Shown here: positions 1 to 5,383 of the stretch, piece by piece
Numbering within the stretch: the stretch's first letter is position 1
Layout: the number at the start of each line of letters is the position of its first letter
Source of the DNA: a virus
Taxonomy: Duplodnaviria; Caudoviricetes
Virus record (IMG/VR): IMGVR_UViG_3300032030_000028
Span: 32,001-96,000 of that record
Strand: one strand, 5' to 3'
DNA: 64,000 bases
The notes under the pieces: generated by a model
The model's database searches: none
Told to the model about the DNA's origin: nothing
Seen by the model: the letters and a program-made list of their open reading frames with translations, nothing else
Translations under genes and position numbers: made by a program

Positions 1-20
1 TTCGAATCTGCCTCGGGATA
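1..20 (+). tRNA. 3' fragment of a tRNA (T-loop and acceptor strand), cut by window edge
   Basis: TTCGAAT T-loop followed by stem-like CTGCC-TCGGGAT-A at the head of the tRNA cluster. Confidence 0.6.
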
Positions 21-22
21 CT

Positions 23-310
23 AGTCAAGAATAGGTTACCACCGAGTAGTGTTCGGGGTAAATTGAATGGGGATGTATACTTAACCAGTCAATGTAGTCT
101 TGGGTGGTGTGACCCCCAGCCCGATGAAAGGTGTTGGTTATCGTGAGGTGCCATAAGGTGCAACGCAACAGGAGGTAAAACCGCGTGGTAATGCAATCCT
201 CGTAATGAGATCGCCCTATGTAATGGGTAATGGTGAGATCGCCCCATGTAATGGGTAGCGGGTTCAAAGCCGAGGTTTCTCCAGTCCGTAGCTCGTAAAT
301 TTTCTTGACT
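23..310 (+). ncRNA. Unknown structured RNA, ~290 nt
   Basis: Ends pair (AGTCAAGAA / TTCTTGACT); many internal hairpins; 24-nt near-perfect direct repeat at 206-229 and 234-257; lies between tRNAs; no credible ORF. Confidence 0.6.
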
Positions 311-318
311 TTCTATAT

Positions 319-397
319 TGTCTGATAGCTCAATGGCAAGGGAACAGAGCACCTCGGGAACATCGGGGCGACGGAGGTTCGATTCCTTCTCAGACAA
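319..397 (+). tRNA. tRNA-like RNA with non-canonical anticodon loop (GGAACAT) and enlarged D loop
   Basis: Acceptor TGTCTGA/TCAGACA, D stem GCTC/GAGC, stem CCTCG/CGGGG, T arm GGAGG-TTCGATT-CCTTC; no U33. Confidence 0.65.
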
Positions 398-400
398 CAA

Positions 401-816
401 ATAATATCAGTTAACAGTAGGCTTGAAAGCAGCCATCTGATAATGAGTTGCGAGAGGAAGTTTGCGTGGAAGTCATGACTCCGCAAGAGAACAAGGCGCA
501 TGTGAGTAACTTGGCAATATACATGTGAGAAACACCTCAGGAATAACAAAAATGGAAATCCCGAATGCAAAGAAGGTAGCATAGCTGAAATGCTATGTGA
601 GGTTCCAGTAGCGTGACGGTGTATAGAAGTGATGTAGTTAAGTTTTATGTAAGCCCCAACAGTACGAGAGGAACCTGGGGTTAATGGATGCCATTAAGGT
701 TTCTATGCCGTAAGTGATTCGGTAAAGAACGCGAGAAGTATCAAGTGAAGGCTCGCGGCCAAAAGCATAAAACAGTCCTCAGAGCATTTGGCGTGATAGC
801 ACATAATTGGTATTAT
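401..816 (+). ncRNA. Large structured RNA with LSU-rRNA mimic modules (H43/H44 L11-binding domain and sarcin-ricin loop)
   Basis: 13-bp terminal helix 401-413/804-816; GTAGGCTTGAAAGCAGCCATC (417-437) resembles H43; GGCGTGATAGCACA (790-803) resembles H44; AGTACGAGAGGAAC (661-674) is closed by AGCCCCA/TGGGGTT. Confidence 0.8.
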
Positions 817-818
817 AC

Positions 819-894
819 AGGGAAGTAGCTTAGCGGTCTAGAGCGACAATGGGTGCGACGCCCGGAAACATTGGTTCAAATCCAGTCTTCCCTG
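819..894 (+). tRNA. tRNA-like RNA whose anticodon arm is replaced by a tight hairpin (GGGTG-CGA-CGCCC)
   Basis: Acceptor AGGGAAG/CTTCCCT, D arm GCTT..GAGC, T arm ATTGG-TTCAAAT-CCAGT; no 7-nt anticodon loop. Confidence 0.6.
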
Positions 895-898
895 CTAT

Positions 899-981
899 GG
901 AGAGTAAACTCGGAAGGTCTGAGCGCTGTCTCGAAAACAGACGGAGTCTAACGACTTGGGGATCGAGACCTCAGTTCTCCG
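899..981 (+). tRNA. tRNA-Ser(CGA), atypical (8/4-family, ATCGAGA T-loop)
   Basis: GGAGAGT../..GTTCTCC-G, loop CT-CGA-AA, long variable arm, G73; 8th acceptor pair is an A-A mismatch. Confidence 0.8.
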
Positions 982-986
982 CAGAT

Positions 987-1073
987 GGAGAGCTAAGCCG
1001 GCGGGGCTGGCCGCTGTTTGGAAGACAGTCGGAGTCTGAAAGATGGCTTGGGGATCGACACCTCAGTTCTCCG
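987..1073 (+). tRNA. tRNA-Ser(GGA), 8/4 fold
   Basis: 8-bp acceptor GGAGAGCT/AGTTCTCC, 4-bp T stem GGGG/CCTC, loop TT-GGA-AG, long variable arm, G73. Confidence 0.85.
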
Positions 1074-1081
1074 CAAACAAT

Positions 1082-1165
1082 GGAGAATTAACTGCAGCGG
1101 CCTGCAGGCCGGTCTTGAAAACCGTGGGAGGGTAACACCTTGGGGATCGACACCTCAGTTCTCCG
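1082..1165 (+). tRNA. tRNA-Ser(TGA), 8/4 fold
   Basis: 8-bp acceptor GGAGAATT/AGTTCTCC, loop CT-TGA-AA, long variable arm, G73. Confidence 0.85.
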
Positions 1166-1169
1166 CAAA

Positions 1170-1300
1170 GGCTTCAGTAATGAAGTTAGGTGTCCTTGGG
1201 AGGCTTAATTACCCTCCGACCGTGTGGAAACCCCACTATAGCGTACCGAGGATCGTGGGCACCCTCCGTCAGTGTAGTAGCGCTGTAAACTGACGGAGAT
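1170..1300 (+). ncRNA. Unknown structured RNA (multibranch domain plus long hairpin)
   Basis: GGTGTCC/GGGCACC and CCTTGG/CCGAGG enclose two hairpins; then a CTCCGTCAGT/ACTGACGGAG stem. Confidence 0.45.
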
Positions 1301-1340
1301 ATCCAAGCAAATAATCAGCACGAAAGTGCGTCAACATATC

Positions 1341-1432
1341 AGGTGTGTGCTGGAATTGGTAGACAGCTGAAGGAGGTTAGATCCTCACAGGGTGATAATG
1401 TAACCGTACAGATTCAAATCCTGTCGCACCTG
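1341..1432 (+). tRNA. Degenerate class-II tRNA-like RNA (Leu-type D arm, distorted anticodon arm containing TAG)
   Basis: Acceptor AGGTGTG/CGCACCT, D arm CTG-GAATTGGTAGA-CAG, T-loop TTCAAAT; irregular anticodon arm. Confidence 0.5.
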
Positions 1433-1444
1433 CAACACATAATT

Positions 1445-1518
1445 GGACCTATAGTCCCAGTGGTCTAGGATGCCTGACTGTCTATCAGGAGGCCCGGGTT
1501 CAAGTCCCTCCTAGCCCA
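1445..1518 (+). pseudogene. Chimeric tRNA-Asp(GTC) with a 3' end from another tRNA
   Basis: Normal D and anticodon arms (CCTGA-CTGTCTA-TCAGG), but 3' strand CCCTC-CTAGCCC-A does not pair with 5' GGACCTA. Confidence 0.6.
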
Positions 1519-1637
1519 CTATGAGGAGTGTACATAAACCTCAGACGTGCGCCTATGGCTCGCAAAAACATAGGTAGTTATCCGTTTATAGGTAAAACGG
1601 CGGACGGAAGCGGCCCAACCGTAAGAGGCCGCAATAT

Positions 1638-1709
1638 GGTGATATTAGTGTAATGGTAACACGAGACACTGTGGATGTCTTATTATCGGTTCAAATCCGG
1701 TATATCACC
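1638..1709 (+). tRNA. tRNA-His(GTG)
   Basis: G-1:C73, canonical cloverleaf, loop CT-GTG-GA. Confidence 0.93.
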
Positions 1710-1714
1710 CTAAA

Positions 1715-1870
1715 GGATTGGTTGATCCGAGGTTCAAGAAGGCCCCCGTAAGATGGCTAGTCGTTGGGGCAATGCTTGAGATGGATACCGCGAAGGGACA
1801 GCCATAAGTCTTGAAGTACGGTTAGATGCGGAGCTGGTGAAAGTCCAGACTATGTAGGACAATCCAATCT
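1715..1870 (+). ncRNA. Unknown structured RNA with potential pseudoknot
   Basis: Ends pair GGATTGG-TTG/CAA-T-CCAATCT; TTCAAGA/TCTTGAA; loop ATGGCT complementary to downstream AGCCAT; CTGG-TGAAAGT-CCAG hairpin. Confidence 0.55.
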
Positions 1871-1872
1871 AT

Positions 1873-1946
1873 AGCCCGGTAGCCCAACCGGCAGAGGCAA
1901 CAGATTCAAAACCTGTATAGTGTGAGTTCGAATCTCACTCGGGCTA
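1873..1946 (+). tRNA. tRNA-Leu(CAA), short-variable-loop type
   Basis: Acceptor AGCCCGG/TCGGGCT, loop TT-CAA-AA, T arm GTGAG-TTCGAAT-CTCAC, A73. Confidence 0.85.
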
Positions 1947-1954
1947 CAAAAAAA

Positions 1955-2070
1955 ATGGAACAATAGAGTAGAGAATCGGTCTGTGAGAATAAATTGCCTG
2001 CGCAGAATCCCATTCTATTCTTAAGGAAAAGGTATATTGTGGCAATTCTGATACCGAAGTACTGTTCCAT
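1955..2070 (+). ncRNA. Unknown structured RNA (long interrupted rod)
   Basis: Nested pairings ATGGAACA/TGTTCCAT, TCGGT/ACCGA, AATTGCC/GGCAATT. Confidence 0.5.
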
Positions 2071-2074
2071 TTAA

Positions 2075-2198
2075 CGGGGTATGGTCGAATTGGTAGAGAT
2101 ACCCGGTATGGACCGGGAGGTTTGTGAATAATTCCATGGTGAATAGCAAACAGAGATTCTTCGGAATCCGAATGGTGGTTCGAGTCCACCTACCCCGA
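2075..2198 (+). tRNA. tRNA-Pro-like RNA with ~55-nt two-hairpin insertion in the variable region
   Basis: Acceptor CGGGGTA/TACCCCG-A (C1:G72, A73); arm CCCGG-TATGGA-CCGGG; extra hairpins including GATTC-TTCG-GAATC; perfect T arm GGTGG-TTCGAGT-CCACC. Confidence 0.65.
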
Positions 2199-2200
2199 CA

Positions 2201-2327
2201 ATCGTTATCTAGTATCCGGCAACCTATATGAGCCGGGAATTCGAGAATATCTCGTTAATAGGCCAAGGCCATGCCCCTTGCTAGTGGGGGTTGGAGTCCA
2301 CACAGAAATGTGGGAATCACTAGCGAT
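2201..2327 (+). ncRNA. Unknown multi-hairpin RNA
   Basis: Ends pair ATCGTTA/TAGCGAT; internal hairpins CCGGC/GCCGG, CGAGA/TCTCG, CCCC/GGGG, CCACA/TGTGG. Confidence 0.45.
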
Positions 2328-2330
2328 AAT

Positions 2331-2404
2331 GTCGGTATAGCGGAGCTGGTTTCTTGCGCCTCTCTCATAAGGAGGAGACGGTGGTTCGAGTCCACCTACC
2401 GGCA
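2331..2404 (+). tRNA. tRNA(CAT), Met or Ile2
   Basis: Acceptor GTCGGTA/TACCGGC, loop CT-CAT-AA, canonical T arm. Confidence 0.88.
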
Positions 2405-2424
2405 CTCATAAAAATGTTATAATT

Positions 2425-2805
2425 ATGGAAAAGAAGATAAAGGATCGCAGATATACAATTCTCGGAATTCACCGGAACGGCACATTATACGGATGGGCCG
2501 AAAATTCATTTTCATTCTCCCCCTCCGAGGACTACACTAGGGTTTGGGGTGCTGAATACAAAGAATGCGGCAATCGTCAATATTGGAAACCTAACAAAAA
2601 TCAATCCACTTGGAATTATCTCAAGAAGGTGGCGGACGATCTGACCGCAAAGAAGTATATGGGGTGTGTATGGAAAGTGTATAGGGTCGGTAGTAAGCAC
2701 TGTCCGGTCGATATAGACTTCAGAACCTGCGATCTGATGAAAACCGGAAAAATAAAATACGACAAATATCAGGCGAGAAACCACAAATTCACGTCGAAAC
2801 AATAA
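2425..2805 (+). CDS. Hypothetical protein inside the RNA island
   Basis: 126-aa ORF with A-rich upstream, fills the gap between RNA genes. Confidence 0.75.
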   Translation: MEKKIKDRRYTILGIHRNGTLYGWAENSFSFSPSEDYTRVWGAEYKECGNRQYWKPNKNQSTWNYLKKVADDLTAKKYMGCVWKVYRVGSKHCPVDIDFRTCDLMKTGKIKYDKYQARNHKFTSKQ

Positions 2806-3068
2806 CGGGCGACCCGGATAATGGGGACTGAACAGGCGGGTTAGCTACCGCTTACGCAGCGGCGCTTCTGAGACGGATCTCAGAGACAAGCCGTAAAGTG
2901 CGGAACCGAAAGTCCAATGAGCTGTAGACAATCGGCACAAGCACCAGAACTCAGGCGAAGACAGTTGCAATAGAGCTCAATAAAGAGCTGCCAAGTCTGA
3001 GTCATTCTCTGACTGGACAGGCCAGTCCAAGAAGAAGCGTTCAGGAGGTTCGACTCCTCCTCGCCCGA
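2806..3068 (+). ncRNA. tmRNA-like RNA: tRNA acceptor and T arm closing a ~220-nt structured insert
   Basis: CGGGCGA/TCGCCCG-A acceptor, GGAGG-TTCGACT-CCTCC T arm, TGAAC/GTTCA connecting helix; no G3.U70. Confidence 0.7.
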
Positions 3069-3075
3069 CTAAGTT

Positions 3076-3159
3076 GGCCGAGTGGTGGAATTGGTAGACA
3101 CGTCAGACTTAAAATCTGGTGCCCGTAAGGGCGTGCGGGTTCAAGTCCCGCTTCGGCTA
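3076..3159 (+). tRNA. tRNA-Leu(TAA)
   Basis: Canonical class-II cloverleaf, loop CT-TAA-AA. Confidence 0.95.
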
Positions 3160-3232
3160 CAAACAATGGATATTTGGAGTGAAATTGTTAAAACGTTGTG
3201 ATTCACTCATGGAAATATTCTAACAACGTTAC

Positions 3233-3305
3233 GCGTCAGTAGCTCAGCAGGTAGAGCACATCCCTTTTAAGGATGGGGTCCCGGGTTCGAGCCCCGGTTG
3301 ACGCA
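3233..3305 (+). tRNA. tRNA-Lys(TTT)
   Basis: Canonical cloverleaf, CATCC-CTTTTAA-GGATG. Confidence 0.95.
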
Positions 3306-3314
3306 CTTATAAAA

Positions 3315-3397
3315 GGAGAGCTAAATCGGCGGGGCCGATCGCTGTTTGGAAGACAGTTGGAAGATGACGCTTTGGGGATCGAGACCTCAGTTCTCCG
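3315..3397 (+). tRNA. tRNA-Ser(GGA), 8/4 fold, second copy
   Basis: GGAGAGCT/AGTTCTCC, loop TT-GGA-AG, T-loop ATCGAGA. Confidence 0.85.
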
Positions 3398-3402
3398 CAC
3401 AA

Positions 3403-3475
3403 GCCCTTGTAGCTCAATTGGTAGAGCAACGCACCTGTAATGCGAAGGTTGCTGGTTCAATTCCGGTCAGGGGCT
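3403..3475 (+). tRNA. tRNA-Thr(TGT) with C33
   Basis: Cloverleaf GCCCTTG/CAGGGGC, loop CC-TGT-AA. Confidence 0.8.
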
Positions 3476-3492
3476 CTTATTATAATTATATT

Positions 3493-3568
3493 GGGAGTTT
3501 AGCTCAGCTGGTTCAGTAGCGTCTGCCTTACAAGCAGAAGGTCGTTGGTTCGAATCCAACAACTCCCA
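3493..3568 (+). tRNA. tRNA-Val(TAC)
   Basis: Canonical cloverleaf, TCTGC-CTTACAA-GCAGA. Confidence 0.93.
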
Positions 3569-3571
3569 CAA

Positions 3572-3862
3572 AGCTGGTATCGATGACGCTCTGGTGAAAG
3601 GATGTTTGGACGAGGGGTTCGATTCCCTCTACCTCCACTATTTCTCAGCTGACCAACCATGATGTTGGAACAGTTACGGTGGCGGAAACTTAACATGAGA
3701 TCCGTCACTTGCTTATGGGGGTAATTGGTTTTGACAGCATTTGAGTAAGAAGAGAAGAGATGCTGGTAAGTGAGAATAAATCACAACACAACTTTTCGTC
3801 TTGCCGCTTAATCTCTAGGAGATTTAGCAGTAAGGGTCCGGGCGGAACCAAATCCGCCCTTT
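3572..3862 (+). ncRNA. ssrA: Circularly permuted (two-piece) tmRNA; outer ends approximate
   Basis: T arm and TACCTCC-A acceptor strand (to 3637) precede the 5' end GGGGGTA-ATTGGTTTTGAC (3717); G3.U70 present; tag frame HNTTFRLAA-stop at 3782-3811. Confidence 0.88.
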
Positions 3863-3864
3863 AT

Positions 3865-3937
3865 GCTCTTATAGCTCAATGGATTAGAGCACGGGCCTCC
3901 GGAGCCCGGAATCCGGGTTCGAATCCCGGTAGGGGCT
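3865..3937 (+). tRNA. tRNA-Arg(CCG)
   Basis: Canonical cloverleaf, CGGGC-CTCCGGA-GCCCG. Confidence 0.93.
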
Positions 3938-3965
3938 CGAAAAATATCTATGATCTTTCCTATAT

Positions 3966-4038
3966 GCCCCGATAGCTTAATTGGAAAAGCAGTACCCTTC
4001 TAAGGTATGGAGTGGGGGTTCGAATCCCTCTCGGGGTA
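3966..4038 (+). tRNA. tRNA-Arg(TCT)
   Basis: Canonical cloverleaf, GTACC-CTTCTAA-GGTAT. Confidence 0.93.
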
Positions 4039-4055
4039 CAAAATTAAGAATTATT

Positions 4056-4340
4056 ATGACCGATCAAGAATTGTCTAGATATATCGAGATATTCGCTCTC
4101 ACTCATCCGGAATATGAGATGGATGAGGTTTGTCCTATTCCAAAGAAAGATCTTAAAGTGGGACATATATATTTAGGAGATTGTCGCAATGCAGATAAAG
4201 CAGTCTGGATTGGTGAGAAGTTTGAATATCAAAGAGATAAATTTGGAAGCACCCTCTTAGAATATATCAACCATTATGAAGATGATGACGGTTATGACGT
4301 ATTTGTTCCATTTGTAGATATTTCGAAATTTTCTTCTTAA
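4056..4340 (+). CDS. Hypothetical phage protein
   Basis: ORF 3981..4340 restarted at the first ATG after tRNA-Arg (MTDQELS...). Confidence 0.75.
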   Translation: MTDQELSRYIEIFALTHPEYEMDEVCPIPKKDLKVGHIYLGDCRNADKAVWIGEKFEYQRDKFGSTLLEYINHYEDDDGYDVFVPFVDISKFSS

Positions 4341-4386
4341 CCTTTCCGGAAATCGATTATATAAAATCATAAAAGAAATAATCGTT

Positions 4387-4551
4387 ATGAAAGAATACAG
4401 AACTGAAGATAACGGATATCAAGAAAATGCGGAACTCCGCAAAGATACTGATGAGTATGGCAACTGGCTTCCGGAACGCGACAAATCTGGGTATATGGAG
4501 AACGCCGCCCCGTGGGATAGGCCCGATACCTGGGAAGATATGGGAAGATAA
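4387..4551 (+). CDS. Small acidic hypothetical protein (54 aa, below ORF-track cutoff)
   Basis: MKEYRTEDNGYQEN...WEDMGR-stop translated by hand; co-oriented with neighbours. Confidence 0.6.
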   Translation: MKEYRTEDNGYQENAELRKDTDEYGNWLPERDKSGYMENAAPWDRPDTWEDMGR

Positions 4552-4606
4552 CTGTAAAAGAAGATAATTAAAATTTATAATAGTTAACATTAAAAATCGC
4601 AAAGAA

Positions 4607-4954
4607 ATGAAAGAAACTAAGTATTATGTAAATCCGGAAAAGAAAACGGTGGTCTGTGTCATCACCATCCAAGACGATTATTTTGGAGAAATTCATCGTT
4701 TTGAAGGCAAAGCCAAATGTTCCCCAGAAGATGATTTTGATGAAAATGTCGGTCGAGAGATTGCCCAAAATAGAGCATTCATCAAAATGAAGACACATTT
4801 TCTCAATCTGAAGAAATCCGCTCGTCTGGGTATTGCGAATCGAATTAAGGATCTTACGAAGTATGGTACGAGAATAGACGCTGGCATTCTCAGGAACGAA
4901 GGTGAAATCAAGACCGCCAAAGCTCGCATCCGCGAACTCGGAACTTCTAAATAA
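4607..4954 (+). CDS. Hypothetical phage protein
   Basis: 115-aa ORF with GKAKCSPEDDFDENVGREIA motif; followed by terminator. Confidence 0.8.
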   Translation: MKETKYYVNPEKKTVVCVITIQDDYFGEIHRFEGKAKCSPEDDFDENVGREIAQNRAFIKMKTHFLNLKKSARLGIANRIKDLTKYGTRIDAGILRNEGEIKTAKARIRELGTSK

Positions 4955-4982
4955 TTTTTTCCATAATATATCTCTTTTATAG

Positions 4983-5010
4983 AAGGTCTCTCCAGAGACC
5001 TTTTATTTTT
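4983..5010 (+). terminator. Intrinsic terminator
   Basis: AAGGTCTC-TCCA-GAGACCTT plus T tract. Confidence 0.75.
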
Positions 5011-5016
5011 TATAAT

Positions 5017-5259
5017 ATGAAGATACAAGACAATGGTACATATACCGGAAATTATTACGTATGGGAACGCAAATTGCACCAGCCATATGATTATGAACAT
5101 AATGGATTAGTCAATCGGATTTTGTCTCATAAGATCCATGACACTTCGAATCCGTTTTTGAAATATATGGTAGATGTTTATGAAAGGTCCTTAGTATATT
5201 GCATGAAATATATCGATATGTTGGCTAATTTCATTAACTATAACAAATGGAATAGATAG
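5017..5259 (+). CDS. Hypothetical protein
   Basis: 80-aa ORF with clean ATG start. Confidence 0.7.
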   Translation: MKIQDNGTYTGNYYVWERKLHQPYDYEHNGLVNRILSHKIHDTSNPFLKYMVDVYERSLVYCMKYIDMLANFINYNKWNR

Positions 5260-5313
5260 CCTGGATCTGTTTATTATAATTTTGCGTTTTTTGCAGGATT
5301 TGCTGTGATTTAA

Positions 5314-5366
5314 CAAGCGATCTCTTCGAGAATGATATAACTATTCATTTAAGAAGAGATCGCTTG
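5314..5366 (-). repeat. Dispersed palindromic element, copy 1 (inverted relative to copies 2 and 3)
   Basis: CAAGCGATC...GATCGCTTG arms around a TGA-(A/C)TAGTTATA-TCA core; between convergent genes. Confidence 0.8.
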
Positions 5367-5383
5367 AATTTGATATGGTTTTG

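Noticed and set aside
401-816. Fragment of a real 23S rRNA gene, or RNase P RNA
   Set aside because: Only the H43, H44 and SRL motifs match, and the SRL lies between H43 and H44 instead of far downstream. The RNase P signature GAGGAAAGUCC and its 3' P4 partner are absent.
1166-1635. tRNA-associated HDV-like (theta) or hammerhead ribozymes
   Set aside because: I could not build the nested double pseudoknot or a CUGAUGA/GAAA core by eye; a descriptor search is needed
1873-1946. Opal suppressor or tRNA-Sec (TCA)
   Set aside because: Stem symmetry centres the loop on CAA; the body matches short-arm tRNA-Leu(CAA)
25-3975. ORF-track ORFs overlapping the RNA island (except 2425..2805)
   Set aside because: They run through tRNA/ncRNA genes and have no protein-like features
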